DNA of 38,903 nt from Firmicutes bacterium UBA1874 (lineage in GTDB: Bacteria; Bacillota; UBA1874), in assembly GCA_002352935.1 (NCBI GenBank), contig DDHO01000004.1:7714-46616 (forward strand). Reading direction: 5' to 3'. Positions 25,293 to 37,063 of this stretch are shown one piece after another. The stretch's first letter is position 1. Every line of letters starts with the position of its first letter. A program made the position numbers and the translations under genes. The notes under the pieces are model-generated. The model saw only the letters and a list, made by a program, of their open reading frames with translations, did not search any database and was not told the DNA's origin.

Positions 25293-27122
25293 ATGGTAGA
25301 CCTCGTTGACAAAATTGAAAACCAAAAATATATCCGCAACTTTTCTATCATAGCACATATCGATCACGGGAAGTCCACGCTGGCGGATCGCATTTTAGAA
25401 ATAACGGGAGCGATACCTAAAAGGGATATGCAGAGCCAAGTGCTCGACAGGATGGACCTCGAACGTGAGCGGGGAATTACCATAAAACTGCAGGCGGTTC
25501 GCCTGAATTACAGGGCGCGGGATAATAGATTATATATATTAAATCTTATCGATACCCCGGGTCACGTGGATTTTAGCTATGAAGTTTCGCGGAGCCTGGC
25601 AGCATGTGAAGGTGCTGTTTTGGTTGTTGATGCTTCGCAGGGTATTGAGGCTCAAACGTTAGCCAACGCTTATTTGGCCATAGAGCATAATTTGAAGATA
25701 ATTGCTGTGATTAACAAAATAGATCTACCCGGAGCAGAACCGGAAAAAGTTAGAAGGGAAATTAAAGAAGTTTTCGGGTTGGACGAGGAGGACATAATTC
25801 TATGCTCCGCTAAAACGGGTACCGGCACGGACAAAATTTTGGAAGCAATTGTACAAAAAATTCCACCACCCGGCGGTAAAGATGACCAACCGCTTCAAGC
25901 TCTAATTTTTGACTCCCATTTTGATGCTTACAGGGGAGCAGTACCTTATATAAGGATAGTGCACGGAGCTCTTAAAAAAGGGGACCAGATTAAAATGATG
26001 GCTGCCGGTAAAGTTTTTGAAGTTAATGAAGTCGGGGTGTTTTCTCCAGAAATGTGCACTGTAGAACGACTTACTGCCGGGGAGGTCGGGTATTTAACTG
26101 CCAGTATCAAAAATGTTGGAGATACCCGTGTAGGTGATACCATCACTTCTGTCAGAAATCCAGCGTCCAAACCCCTTCCAGGGTATAAAAAAGTTACTCC
26201 CATGGTTTACTGCGGGCTCTATCCCGTAGAAAGCGGGGACTATGAAGATTTAAGGGATGCGCTGGAAAGGCTTAAGCTTAACGATGCTTCGTTGTCATAC
26301 GAGCCGGAGAGTTCCAGCGCGCTGGGTTTTGGATTTCGCTGCGGTTTTTTAGGACTGCTCCATATGGAAATAATTCAGGAAAGGCTGGAAAGAGAATACC
26401 AGCTGGAGCTGGTTGTTACAGCGCCCAGTGTAAGCTATAAGGTTCGTCGAAGCGACGGTGAAGTTTTATGGATTGACAATCCTTCGAAGGTTCCTTCGAC
26501 AAAGGATATAGTATCTATAGCCGAACCTTTTGTGCGAGCGACTTTTATGGTGCCAGGTAATTATGTGGGACCGGTTATGGAACTTAATAAAGAGAGCAGG
26601 GGAATTTTTGTTAACATGGAATACCTCTCGGAAAATAGAGTTATTCTTACTTATGATCTTCCTCTAAGCGAAATAATATTTGATTTTTTTGACCTCCTTA
26701 AATCGCGTACCAGGGGATATGCTTCTTTCGATTATGAAATTATTGGCTACCGCGAAGCTGATCTGGTAAAGCTTGACATCCTAATTAACGGGGAACCTGT
26801 AGATGCTCTTTCCAGCATATTTCACAAAGAAAAGGCATATTACCATGGGAGGGCTCTTGTTCGCAAGCTGAAAGAACTTATACCGCGCCAGCTTTTCGAA
26901 GTTCCGATTCAGGCTGTTGTCAACAATAGGGCTATTGCAAGGGAGACTGTAAAACCTCTCCGTAAGAATGTGCTAGACAAATGCTACGGAGGAGATGTTA
27001 CCCGCAAGCGCAAATTATTGGAAAAGCAAAAAGAGGGTAAAAAACGTATGAAACAGATAGGAAAGGTAGAAATCCCCCAGGAAGCATTCTTGGCTGTTCT
27101 CCAGGTAGATGGCGAACGGTAG
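25293..27122 (+). CDS. lepA: Translation elongation factor 4 (LepA)
   Basis: GTPase motifs [23 protein letters not shown] and NKIDL, plus the LepA-specific C-terminal domain. The ATG at 25293 has AAGGAGG 5 nt upstream; the track's start at 25242 was trimmed. Confidence 0.97.
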   Translation: MVDLVDKIENQKYIRNFSIIAHIDHGKSTLADRILEITGAIPKRDMQSQVLDRMDLERERGITIKLQAVRLNYRARDNRLYILNLIDTPGHVDFSYEVSRSLAACEGAVLVVDASQGIEAQTLANAYLAIEHNLKIIAVINKIDLPGAEPEKVRREIKEVFGLDEEDIILCSAKTGTGTDKILEAIVQKIPPPGGKDDQPLQALIFDSHFDAYRGAVPYIRIVHGALKKGDQIKMMAAGKVFEVNEVGVFSPEMCTVERLTAGEVGYLTASIKNVGDTRVGDTITSVRNPASKPLPGYKKVTPMVYCGLYPVESGDYEDLRDALERLKLNDASLSYEPESSSALGFGFRCGFLGLLHMEIIQERLEREYQLELVVTAPSVSYKVRRSDGEVLWIDNPSKVPSTKDIVSIAEPFVRATFMVPGNYVGPVMELNKESRGIFVNMEYLSENRVILTYDLPLSEIIFDFFDLLKSRTRGYASFDYEIIGYREADLVKLDILINGEPVDALSSIFHKEKAYYHGRALVRKLKELIPRQLFEVPIQAVVNNRAIARETVKPLRKNVLDKCYGGDVTRKRKLLEKQKEGKKRMKQIGKVEIPQEAFLAVLQVDGER

Positions 27123-27169
27123 CCCGTGAGATTTATAAATTTGAAAAGGGGTAACCGGGGGGAAATATC

Positions 27170-28108
27170 TTGGAACTGCTGGACAAATTTAAAGGTGCTC
27201 TGGTTGGGACGCTTGTTGGAGATACGCTAGGAAGAGCTTTTGAGGGTTTATCGCCCGAAAGCATTCGAAAAAACTGCGTGAAAATTTCAGGAGCTGCAGA
27301 ATATTCTGATGACACGGAAATGATGATTGCAACTGCCGAGTCACTATGCCGCATAACCGGTTTTGATGGTTCAGATATGGCTAATTCATTTATTGAAAAT
27401 TATCATTCTTATCGAGGTTACGGCAAGGGAACGCAGCAGGTATTAAGACTTATCCGTAACGGAGAAAGCTGGATGGATGCAGGTAAAAAAATTTTCAAAG
27501 GGGGTTCTTTCGGCAACGGGGCAGCCATGCGAATAGCTCCTGTGGGATGTTTTTATTACGACCGTCCTTTGGAACTAAAAAAAGTTGCCCTGAAATCTGC
27601 ACAAATTACACATGCCCATCCCCTGGGCTGCTGGGGAGCGGTCCTTCAAGCTTATACGGTAGCTCGTGTGTTAAAAGAAGACCCGAAAAATGACTTGAAT
27701 GTAAAAGAAATTGTTTTAGATCTTATTTCCTTTATAAGATCCGGTGCACCAGAGTATAAAACAGCTCTTCAAAAAATAGATTATTTGCTGGACCAGGATC
27801 CCGGACACGAAAAAGTGGCCAAAATTTTGGGGAATACAAGCCAGGCTTTGTGTTCTGTTCCGGCAGCCATTTATTGTTTTTTGAGCCAGTGGAAGAGTTT
27901 CCGAAAGGCGGTAGAATCTGCAGTTCTGCTGGGAGGGGATGCGGATACTATAGGTGCTATGACAGGGGCTGTGGCAGGTGCCTATCATGGTGTTAGAGCT
28001 GTGCCCTCCAAATGGTGGGATAAACTGGAGAATGGTAGCAAGGGGAGAGATTACATTCTGGATCTTGCCACCAGGCTATGGACGGCAAGAAGGATTAAGA
28101 AAGATTAA
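27170..28108 (+). CDS. ADP-ribosylglycohydrolase family protein (DraG/ARH-like)
   Basis: Family blocks GDTLGRAFEG, YSDDTEMMIA, GNGAAMRIAPVG and LGGDADTIGAMTGAVAGAYHG. The TTG start has GGGGGGA 6-7 nt upstream. Confidence 0.88.
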   Translation: MELLDKFKGALVGTLVGDTLGRAFEGLSPESIRKNCVKISGAAEYSDDTEMMIATAESLCRITGFDGSDMANSFIENYHSYRGYGKGTQQVLRLIRNGESWMDAGKKIFKGGSFGNGAAMRIAPVGCFYYDRPLELKKVALKSAQITHAHPLGCWGAVLQAYTVARVLKEDPKNDLNVKEIVLDLISFIRSGAPEYKTALQKIDYLLDQDPGHEKVAKILGNTSQALCSVPAAIYCFLSQWKSFRKAVESAVLLGGDADTIGAMTGAVAGAYHGVRAVPSKWWDKLENGSKGRDYILDLATRLWTARRIKKD

Positions 28109-28126
28109 GAAAGGACGGGGTTAGTT

Positions 28127-29266
28127 TTGAAGGCTGTTTACATTCATATACCTTATTGTATAAAAAAATGTAATTATTGCGATTTTACTTCTTACAGCCT
28201 CGATTCTTCCCCTGTTAGACCTGAAGATTATGTAGTTAGTTTAAAAAGAGAACTGCAGATGTGGTCTGAAATACGGAAAACTTCGGACGAAGAGCTTTCA
28301 ACTATATATTTTGGCGGTGGCACACCTACCTGCTTGTCGACAGAACTTTTAGGAGAAATAATGAACGAGCTTCGGAGTCTTTTCAGAATTTCTAGCGATC
28401 CAGAAATTACTTTGGAAGTCAATCCCGGTACAATTAACTTTGATTTTGCCAAAAAAATATGTAAATTGGGATTTAACAGGATTTCTCTCGGGGCTCAGGC
28501 TTTTCAGGACGCACTTCTGAAATCCATGGGCAGAATACATACTGTAAAGGACATTCATACAGCCGTTTATACATTTCGGCGTGCTGGACTGAGTAATATT
28601 AATATTGATCTTATTTACGGTCTTCCGGGCCAGACAATAAAACAATGGAAGGAAAGTATTAGGAAGGCTATTTGTTTAGAAGCGGACCATGTGTCGACCT
28701 ACAGCCTTCACTTGGGACCCAGCGTACTTTGGGGAAAACAGGTGGACAAGGAAGAGCTGGTTTTACCTTCTGAAGAGTTGGTTGTCCAAATGTATGTGGA
28801 AGCTATAAGAATTTTAAGCGACAGCGGTTATGTTCAATACGAGATTTCGAATTTTTCTCTCCCTCATAAAAAATGTCGCCACAACCAAGTGTACTGGAAA
28901 AATGACGACTATTTGGGCATAGGGGCGGGAGCTTCGTCTCATGTTGAAGGTTTCCGGTTCCATAATACAACTTCCCTGGTAGATTATTGTTCCAGTTTAG
29001 ATCGCAACGAACTTCCAATTTTTGAAAAAGTTATGCCGAACAGGGCCAGGGAAATAAGTGAAACGATTTTTATGTCGCTGCGTATGATGGAGGGACTGGA
29101 CATTACTGAATTTTACCGAAAGTTTGGTGTCAGGATTGAAGACCTGTACGGCCAAGAGATAAACAAGTTTTTGCGTTGGGGTTATCTGGAAAAAAGGGGA
29201 GACTGTCTCAGGCTGTCATGCAAGGCTTTCCCTGTAGCAAATTCCATTTTTATGGAGTTTGTTTAA
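28127..29266 (+). CDS. hemW: Radical SAM heme chaperone HemW (formerly annotated as HemN-like coproporphyrinogen III oxidase)
   Basis: HIPYCIKKCNYCDF is the CxxxCxxC radical SAM motif; about 380 aa. It holds the conserved position between lepA and hrcA. Confidence 0.9.
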   Translation: MKAVYIHIPYCIKKCNYCDFTSYSLDSSPVRPEDYVVSLKRELQMWSEIRKTSDEELSTIYFGGGTPTCLSTELLGEIMNELRSLFRISSDPEITLEVNPGTINFDFAKKICKLGFNRISLGAQAFQDALLKSMGRIHTVKDIHTAVYTFRRAGLSNINIDLIYGLPGQTIKQWKESIRKAICLEADHVSTYSLHLGPSVLWGKQVDKEELVLPSEELVVQMYVEAIRILSDSGYVQYEISNFSLPHKKCRHNQVYWKNDDYLGIGAGASSHVEGFRFHNTTSLVDYCSSLDRNELPIFEKVMPNRAREISETIFMSLRMMEGLDITEFYRKFGVRIEDLYGQEINKFLRWGYLEKRGDCLRLSCKAFPVANSIFMEFV

Positions 29267-29275
29267 GTACAATAC

Positions 29276-29304
29276 TTGACAAATTATGTGAACAATGATA
29301 TTTT
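29276..29304 (+). promoter_or_regulatory. Candidate sigma-A promoter of the hrcA-grpE-dnaK-dnaJ operon
   Basis: TTGACA (29276-29281) - 17 nt - TATTTT, directly upstream of CIRCE. Confidence 0.5.
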
Positions 29305-29317
29305 TAAGATAAAATCG

Positions 29318-29344
29318 TTAGCACTCAACCTTAAAGAGTGCTAA
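29318..29344 (+). promoter_or_regulatory. CIRCE operator (HrcA binding site)
   Basis: TTAGCACTC-aaccttaaa-GAGTGCTAA is a perfect match to the consensus TTAGCACTC-N9-GAGTGCTAA. Confidence 0.95.
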
Positions 29345-29362
29345 CAAAAGCGGGTGACGCTT

Positions 29363-30397
29363 ATGTTAGATGAAAGGAAAAAGAAGGTTCTTGCGGCAAT
29401 TATCCAGGATTATATAGCTCATGCGGAGCCTGTGGGTTCCCGAACGATTGTTAAGAGGTATAATTTAGACGTTAGCCCGGCAACAATTCGTAACGAAATG
29501 GCAGACCTTGAAGAAATGGGCCTGATCGAACAGCCTTATACATCGGCAGGAAGGATTCCTTCGGAGCAGGGTTACCGTTATTACGTGGACTGTTTAATGC
29601 AGAGGAAAAATTTGTCCGAAGACGAAGTAAAGTTTATTAACACGTGTTTTGCCCGGAAAATGCAGGAACTAAAAGATGTTATACAAAAGGCATCCAATGT
29701 ACTTTCTGAACTTACCAGCTATACTGCCGTAGTTGTTGAACCCAAAATGGAAAAGAGTACTTTCAAATTTTTGAAACTCCTGCCACTGGCTACGAACCAG
29801 GCACTTTTGGTGGTGGTAACTAACACACGGGTTATCCAGCACCGCACATTGAATATACCTGAAGACATTACTCATCAAGACCTGGAAAAAGTTTCACAGG
29901 TATTAAACAGCACCCTTCAAGGGCTAACTTTAGAGGAAGTAAGCCGTATGTCTTTAAATGAGATATACGATGAAGTAATTTTACAAAGGTACATGTGGGA
30001 CAAAATAGTTGAGCTTGTTAAAGATTCACTTTTTTCTGAGGAATATGAAGAAAGAATATATATAGACGGTACTATTAATATGCTGGATCAACCGGAGTTT
30101 AAGGATATCGATAAGGTAAAAAGCATACTAAAAGCACTACAAGAAGGAAAGATCCTCAAGCAGGTCCTTTTGGAAAGGCCTCGCCCTGGGCTTAGTGTAA
30201 GTATCGGTCAGGAAAATAGATACGAGGGTATTAATGAATGCAGTTTGATAACGGCGACCTATGAGGTCAATGGTAATGTTGTCGGCACCCTGGGAATAAT
30301 CGGACCTATAAGGATGGACTATTCCAGGGGGGTTTCCGCCGTAGATTATGTGACTAAAATGTTATCGGGATTTATAAAGAAATATATAGAAGAATGA
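29363..30397 (+). CDS. hrcA: Heat-inducible transcription repressor HrcA
   Basis: MLDERKKKVLAAIIQDYIAHAEPVGSRTI matches the HrcA N-terminal winged-helix region. The gene is CIRCE-linked and lies upstream of grpE. An alternative GTG start lies at 29354. Confidence 0.95.
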   Translation: MLDERKKKVLAAIIQDYIAHAEPVGSRTIVKRYNLDVSPATIRNEMADLEEMGLIEQPYTSAGRIPSEQGYRYYVDCLMQRKNLSEDEVKFINTCFARKMQELKDVIQKASNVLSELTSYTAVVVEPKMEKSTFKFLKLLPLATNQALLVVVTNTRVIQHRTLNIPEDITHQDLEKVSQVLNSTLQGLTLEEVSRMSLNEIYDEVILQRYMWDKIVELVKDSLFSEEYEERIYIDGTINMLDQPEFKDIDKVKSILKALQEGKILKQVLLERPRPGLSVSIGQENRYEGINECSLITATYEVNGNVVGTLGIIGPIRMDYSRGVSAVDYVTKMLSGFIKKYIEE

Positions 30398-30420
30398 AAT
30401 TTTTATAGAAGGCACGCTTC

Positions 30421-30450
30421 TTGACACCGGGCAGGCTTAAATTATACAAT
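30421..30450 (+). promoter_or_regulatory. Candidate internal sigma-A promoter upstream of grpE
   Basis: TTGACA - 18 nt - TACAAT in the 217-nt hrcA-grpE spacer. No CIRCE element accompanies it. Confidence 0.35.
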
Positions 30451-30614
30451 TATCATTGTGTTTGAGAAAAACAGGAAAAATTAAAAATAAGGATGTTCTA
30501 TCTTCCTTTCGGACAAACCTGCAAAAAGTATGTCTAAGATATATATATATTTACAGATTTAATATATTTAATGTATGTAGATAATTTTTACTAAGTAAGG
30601 AGAAGTGATGAAAA

Positions 30615-31316
30615 ATGAGTGAAGGGGAAAGAAAGAAATTTTCTCCAGTTGGAGAAAATTTAAATCAAAAATCTGACAATAATAACAATAATAAAAATAG
30701 TTATGTTGATGAGGAAGAGAGAACTACTTACGAAAGCGATAAAAAAATAAGCTCTACAGATAATAATGGCAGTGGGGTTGATGTTGAGAAACGAGAAATT
30801 GAACGAGGACCCGGCGGTCAGCCGGAAGAAATAACTGACCGGCATAAAGAAGAACTTAATGAGCCTGAAAAACTGAGGGAAATGTTGCAGGAAAAAGAAA
30901 AAGAAATGGAAGAGCTGTGGCAGCGTTATTTATGGCTGCAAGCTGACTTTGATAACTTCCGCAAGCGTTCTTATAAAGAACGGGAAGATGCAGTGCGGAG
31001 TTCTATGGTGGATTTCATGGCAGAGCTTCTAAAAGTAGTGGATAATTTTGAGCGCGCCCTGGAGACTGAACAGTGTGAAGTTGACGGGCTGCTGTCGGGG
31101 GTTAACATGATATACCGCCAGTTTAAAGAATTGCTGCATAAAGAAGGTCTAGAAGAAATACCTGCGGAAGGTGAAACGTTTAATCCTGAAAAGCATCATG
31201 CAGTTATGCAGGAAGAGTCTGAACTTGAAGAAGGGACAGTTATCGAGGTTTTGCAAAAGGGATATTGTTGGAAGGGAAAGGTTATCAGGCCGGCGATGGT
31301 CAAAGTTGCAAAATAA
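30615..31316 (+). CDS. grpE: Nucleotide exchange factor GrpE, with a roughly 75-aa low-complexity N-terminal extension
   Basis: Core block LWLQADFDNFRKR and the C-terminal beta-domain VLQKGYCWKGKVIRPAMVKV. The N-terminus is Asn/Glu/Lys-rich (DNNNNNKNSY). Confidence 0.93.
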   Translation: MSEGERKKFSPVGENLNQKSDNNNNNKNSYVDEEERTTYESDKKISSTDNNGSGVDVEKREIERGPGGQPEEITDRHKEELNEPEKLREMLQEKEKEMEELWQRYLWLQADFDNFRKRSYKEREDAVRSSMVDFMAELLKVVDNFERALETEQCEVDGLLSGVNMIYRQFKELLHKEGLEEIPAEGETFNPEKHHAVMQEESELEEGTVIEVLQKGYCWKGKVIRPAMVKVAK

Positions 31317-31367
31317 CCTTTAAATTAAATAAGCTCGAAGCATAAGATTTAAGGAGGTCGATATAAA

Positions 31368-33215
31368 ATGAGCAAAGTTCTAGGCATAGATTTGGGAACT
31401 ACTAACTCTTGTATGGCTATAATGGAAGGCGGAGAAGCGGTAGTTATTCCTAATTCAGAAGGTAATAGAACCACTCCTTCGGTAGTTGCTTTTTCCAAAG
31501 AAGGTGAAAGACTTGTAGGACAAATTGCCAGGAGGCAGGCTATAACAAATCCGGACAGGACAATTACTTCTATAAAGCGTCATATGGGTACTGACTATAA
31601 GGTGAAGATTGACGACAGGGAATATACGCCACAGGAAATATCGGCTATGATCCTGCAAAAATTGAAATCAGATGCGGAAAATTACTTGGGAGAAACTATT
31701 AAACAGGCTGTAATTACGGTGCCGGCATACTTTACGGATAGCCAAAGGCAAGCTACTAAAGATGCCGGTAAAATTGCTGGCTTGGAGGTTCTCCGGATTA
31801 TAAACGAGCCTACGGCCGCTTCCCTGGCTTACGGCCTAGAAAAAGGAGAAGACCAGACTATTCTTGTTTACGATCTGGGAGGCGGTACGTTTGACGTCTC
31901 CATATTGGAACTTGGAGATGGTGTATTTGAAGTCAAGGCTACCAGCGGTAACAACAAGCTGGGAGGAGACGATTTTGACGAGCGCATAATGGATTACCTG
32001 GTTAAAGAGTTTAAGAAAAGTAACGGAGTAGACCTCAGTAAGGATCGAATGGCTATGCAGAGGTTAAAAGAAGCAGCAGAAAAAGCAAAACATGAACTTT
32101 CTAGTGTTTCTACTACTAACATAAACCTGCCTTTTATTACTGCGACCAGCGATGGGCCTCAACACATGGACATTAACCTAACGAGAGCCAAGTTGGAAGA
32201 ACTTATAGGAGATCTCGTAGAAAAAACCGAGGGACCCACACGTCAGGCAATAGAAGATGCCGGCATAAAGCCGGAGGATATAGATAAAGTTATTTTGGTA
32301 GGAGGCTCAACTCGTATTCCGCTTGTACAAGAAACTATTAAGAAAATCACGGGTAAGGACCCGCACAAAGGCATCAACCCCGATGAGTGTGTGGCCCTTG
32401 GAGCTGCAATTCAAGGCGGTGTTCTGTCGGGGGAAGTCAAGGATGTCCTGCTTTTGGATGTTACACCGTTATCCCTTGGAATAGAAACTCTCGGAGGAGT
32501 GTTTACGAAGCTTATAGAAAGAAATACAACCATTCCTACCTCTAAAAGCCAGATTTTCTCAACAGCTGCCGATAACCAGACCGCAGTGGATATTCATGTT
32601 TTGCAAGGAGAGAGGCCGTTGGCTAAGGATAACAAAACCCTGGGGCGTTTTCAGCTTACGGGTATCCCACCGGCACCACGTGGAGTACCTCAAATAGAGG
32701 TTAAATTTAATATTGATGCCAACGGTATTGTCCATGTTTCAGCCAAGGATTTAGGGACCGGAAAGCAGCAAGAAATTACGATTACCGATTCCAGCGGTCT
32801 TTCTGAAAGCGAAATTCAGAGAATGGTTAAGGAAGCGGAAAGATTTTCCGAAGAAGACAAAAAACGCAAGGAAGAAATAGAAACGCGCAACAAGGCAGAC
32901 TCTTTAGTCTACCAGGTAGAAAGAACCTTAAAGGACGTAGAAGATAAAGCAGACAAAGAAGATGTGGAAAAAGTGAAAGCTGCCAAGAAGGAATTAGAGG
33001 AAGCTCTAAATGGAGATAATATAGAAGAAATAAAGAATAAAACAGAAACATTATCGCAGGCGGTATACAGTCTTTCTACAAAAATTTATCAAAAAACAGC
33101 TCAGCAAGGTACGGCAGGTACAGAAGGTTCACAAGCAAGCGGTAAAACTGCAGGAGATGAAGATGTAGTAGATGCTGATTATGAAGAGATGGATGACGAT
33201 ACAAAGAAATCCTGA
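31368..33215 (+). CDS. dnaK: Molecular chaperone DnaK (Hsp70)
   Basis: [16 protein letters not shown] and [10 protein letters not shown] motifs. AAGGAGG lies upstream. Confidence 0.98.
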   Translation: MSKVLGIDLGTTNSCMAIMEGGEAVVIPNSEGNRTTPSVVAFSKEGERLVGQIARRQAITNPDRTITSIKRHMGTDYKVKIDDREYTPQEISAMILQKLKSDAENYLGETIKQAVITVPAYFTDSQRQATKDAGKIAGLEVLRIINEPTAASLAYGLEKGEDQTILVYDLGGGTFDVSILELGDGVFEVKATSGNNKLGGDDFDERIMDYLVKEFKKSNGVDLSKDRMAMQRLKEAAEKAKHELSSVSTTNINLPFITATSDGPQHMDINLTRAKLEELIGDLVEKTEGPTRQAIEDAGIKPEDIDKVILVGGSTRIPLVQETIKKITGKDPHKGINPDECVALGAAIQGGVLSGEVKDVLLLDVTPLSLGIETLGGVFTKLIERNTTIPTSKSQIFSTAADNQTAVDIHVLQGERPLAKDNKTLGRFQLTGIPPAPRGVPQIEVKFNIDANGIVHVSAKDLGTGKQQEITITDSSGLSESEIQRMVKEAERFSEEDKKRKEEIETRNKADSLVYQVERTLKDVEDKADKEDVEKVKAAKKELEEALNGDNIEEIKNKTETLSQAVYSLSTKIYQKTAQQGTAGTEGSQASGKTAGDEDVVDADYEEMDDDTKKS

Positions 33216-33322
33216 TCTATGAACCAGGAAAGGCGGTATAGACAGTCTAACAGTCTAATGAAAGAGGCTATTATATAAGTGCGGCTCTGTTTGTGAAATG
33301 AAACAGTGTTTAGAGGCCGTAG

Positions 33323-34498
<1,176 letters not shown>

Positions 34499-34510
34499 TT
34501 TCTTTATTAG

Positions 34511-34552
34511 AACCCGGGAAGCGGCCGCGTAGCCAGTTCCGGGTTTTATTTT
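34511..34552 (+). terminator. Rho-independent terminator of the dnaK operon
   Basis: aacccgggaa (34511-34520) pairs with ttccgggtt (34537-34545), with a one-nucleotide bulge, followed by TTTTATTTTA. Confidence 0.7.
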
Positions 34553-34604
34553 ATCAAAGAACTTTTGTTAATATCTGATTTTATTAATTGCAGGAGTGGT
34601 CCTT

Positions 34605-35372
34605 TTGCGGTATTTTTTTGCTGATCCGGAAGAACTCTCCAGGGGAGAAGCTTTTATCCGTGGGGGAGAAGCAAGGCATATTTTGAATGTACTCCGCATG
34701 GAAAACGGTTCTCTTTTATTGTGTGGTGATGGGCAAGGCCGGTTATACAGAGCGCGGATAACGCAAGTAGGAAAAGATGAGGTGAGGTTAAAAATAGAAA
34801 GCAGAAGCTGCGTTTATTCTGAGCCCCGCCTTGAAGTCGTGCTATTACAGGGACTTCCCAAGGCGGGCAAGCTTGATTTTGTCATTCAAAAGGCGACTGA
34901 AGTGGGGGCATACAAGATTGTGCCTCTTGCAGCTGAACGCAGTGTGGTCCAGATTAGCAGTGAAAAAGCGGAACTTCGATGTAAGAGATGGCAGCGTATA
35001 GCCAGGGAGGCCGCTAAGCAATCTAGGCGTGCGGTTGTTCCCGAAGTAACCAATATTATGACGTTGCCTGAGGCTCTAAAAATGGCCGTTACTTGCAAAA
35101 ATTCTTTGAGCATGGTACTTTGGGAAGAAGAAGGGAGGAACAGCTTAAAGAAAGTAATTAAAAAAAGCACTTTGGAAAAGATAGAAAGGGTTAATGTATT
35201 TATAGGTCCTGAAGGGGGGTGGACTCCTTATGAAATAGATTTAATGAAAGGTAAAGGAATCATTCCCGTTTCTTTAGGTCCACGTATATTACGTACAGAA
35301 ACGGCAGGTATTATTGCTGTATCTTTAATTTTATATGAATGGGACGACTTGGGGGGACCTGATGAAGAGTAA
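34605..35372 (+). CDS. rsmE: 16S rRNA (uracil1498-N3)-methyltransferase RsmE
   Basis: N-terminal (M)RYFF and HILNVLRM, plus FIGPEGGWTPYEI, the SPOUT knot motif. The TTG at 34605 has AGGAG 8 nt upstream. Confidence 0.9.
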   Translation: MRYFFADPEELSRGEAFIRGGEARHILNVLRMENGSLLLCGDGQGRLYRARITQVGKDEVRLKIESRSCVYSEPRLEVVLLQGLPKAGKLDFVIQKATEVGAYKIVPLAAERSVVQISSEKAELRCKRWQRIAREAAKQSRRAVVPEVTNIMTLPEALKMAVTCKNSLSMVLWEEEGRNSLKKVIKKSTLEKIERVNVFIGPEGGWTPYEIDLMKGKGIIPVSLGPRILRTETAGIIAVSLILYEWDDLGGPDEE

Positions 35373-36666
35373 AAAGGCAGCTTTTTATGTTTTAGGATGC
35401 AAAGTCAATCAATATGAGGCGGAAGCTCTAAAAAGTTTATTCCGACAGGCAGGCTATTCAATTGTAAGTTTTGAAGAGGATGCTGATATCTATGTCATAC
35501 ATACCTGCACGGTTACACACCTGGCGGACAGGAAATCCCGCCAAGCCGTCCGAAAAATAGCCCGACAGCATCCGGAAGCGGTTGTAGCTGTCACAGGGTG
35601 CTATTCACAAGTTGCTGCCAGTGAAGTAAAGGATATTCCCGGCGTGGACGCTGTTGTTGGTACAAAGGATTTACACCGTCTGGTTGAAATAGTTGAGAAG
35701 GCACAACAGAAAGGCGAGCAGCAGGTTGCAGTGAGCAGATACAGCTGTAAAAAAGAAAATTTTACCGAGCTTCCTGTAGAAAAAGAAAAACGTGCACGTG
35801 CTTTTGTGAAAATTCAGGAAGGATGCGACGGGCGCTGCTCTTACTGTATTGTACCCCTGGCAAGGGGGCCTGCGCGCAGCCGTCGTCCAGAAAAGGTCTT
35901 AGCAGAGATTGAAAAACTACGTGATACAGGGTATAAGGAAATAGTCTTAACAGGAGTTCACATTGGGGCTTATGGATTGGATTTTCCTTCAGGAATGGAT
36001 CTAAGCGGCCTGCTTAAACGCGTGCTAAAACTCCCCGGTTTGCCTCGCCTGCGCCTCAGTTCCCTGGAACCGCATGAATTTACACGTGATCTAAAGGAAG
36101 TTATTGCCTCGGAAGGAATTATTTGTCCCCACCTGCATATTCCTCTTCAAAGTGGGGATGATACAATCCTTAAGCGTATGAACAGACGTTATTCTGCAGG
36201 AGAATATATTAGATTGATAGAAGAAATAAAGTTAATGAGGCCTGAAATATTGTTTACTACCGATGTGATTGTAGGATTTCCGGGCGAAACGCAGGAGCAA
36301 TTCGAAAAAACATGCCAAGTTGTGTCTGAAGTAGCTTTTTTAAAATTGCACGTTTTCAGATATTCCCCACGGGAAGGGACACTGGCGGCTTCTTTTGGGG
36401 ATCAGGTCGATGAGAAAATAAAAAGAGAACGCAGCGCTGCTCTGATCGCGCTGGGGGAACGTTTATGGAGAAGGCATGTAGATTTATTTATAGGGAAAAG
36501 GCTTATGGTATTAGCAGAAAGGAAGACGGGCGGCAATTCGTGGGAGGGAAGAGCAGAAAATTATTTGAAAATACGATTTCCGGGACCCCGAAACCTTCGC
36601 GGAAAGATTGTACCCGTGAGGCTTAAAGAAGCCGGAACAGGCTTTGTATGGGGCATTCCGGATTAA
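35362..36666 (+). CDS. mtaB: tRNA threonylcarbamoyladenosine methylthiotransferase MtaB (MiaB-like radical SAM)
   Basis: UPF0004 N-domain (FYVLGCKVNQYE), the radical SAM motif GCDGRCSYCIVP and a TRAM-like C-terminus. It overlaps rsmE by 11 nt and holds the conserved position after rsmE. Confidence 0.88.
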   Translation: MKSKKAAFYVLGCKVNQYEAEALKSLFRQAGYSIVSFEEDADIYVIHTCTVTHLADRKSRQAVRKIARQHPEAVVAVTGCYSQVAASEVKDIPGVDAVVGTKDLHRLVEIVEKAQQKGEQQVAVSRYSCKKENFTELPVEKEKRARAFVKIQEGCDGRCSYCIVPLARGPARSRRPEKVLAEIEKLRDTGYKEIVLTGVHIGAYGLDFPSGMDLSGLLKRVLKLPGLPRLRLSSLEPHEFTRDLKEVIASEGIICPHLHIPLQSGDDTILKRMNRRYSAGEYIRLIEEIKLMRPEILFTTDVIVGFPGETQEQFEKTCQVVSEVAFLKLHVFRYSPREGTLAASFGDQVDEKIKRERSAALIALGERLWRRHVDLFIGKRLMVLAERKTGGNSWEGRAENYLKIRFPGPRNLRGKIVPVRLKEAGTGFVWGIPD

Positions 36667-36681
36667 CTGGAGGTGAAACAG

Positions 36682-37023
36682 ATGAGCGGTTGTATTTTCT
36701 GCCGTATTATTGAGAAAGAAATTCCGGGGGATATTGTTTATGAAGACGAAAAAGTGGTGGCTTTTAATGATATCAAGCCTGTAGCACCGGTGCATATTCT
36801 TCTGGTTACGCGTAAACATATACCCGATTTAACCATGATTGATGAAGAGGACGCTGCAGTAATTGGCCATATACATCAAGTTGCTGTTCAGCTGGCTAAA
36901 AAATTTGAAATAGATAACAGGGGGTTTAGGATTATTAACAATTGCAAGGAAGAAGGAGGTCAGGAGATAAAACACCTGCACTTTCATTTATTAGGCGGCC
37001 GCCAGATGCGCGGGTTTGGCTAA
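36682..37023 (+). CDS. HIT-family (Hint-like) nucleotide hydrolase
   Basis: CIFCRII N-terminus and the histidine triad HLHFHLLGG. The ATG at 36682 has GGAGGTG 6 nt upstream. Confidence 0.9.
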   Translation: MSGCIFCRIIEKEIPGDIVYEDEKVVAFNDIKPVAPVHILLVTRKHIPDLTMIDEEDAAVIGHIHQVAVQLAKKFEIDNRGFRIINNCKEEGGQEIKHLHFHLLGGRQMRGFG

Positions 37024-37063
37024 TGTTCTAAATATACAAGGGTTTCATTTTTGGCAAAGAACT

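Noticed and set aside
33241-33306. dnaK-dnaJ spacer: direct repeat acagtcta x2 and a 6-bp hairpin (ctgttt/aaacag) as an internal terminator
   Set aside because: The stem is short and AT-rich and is not followed by a T-run. It is compatible with a processing or pausing site but too weak to call.
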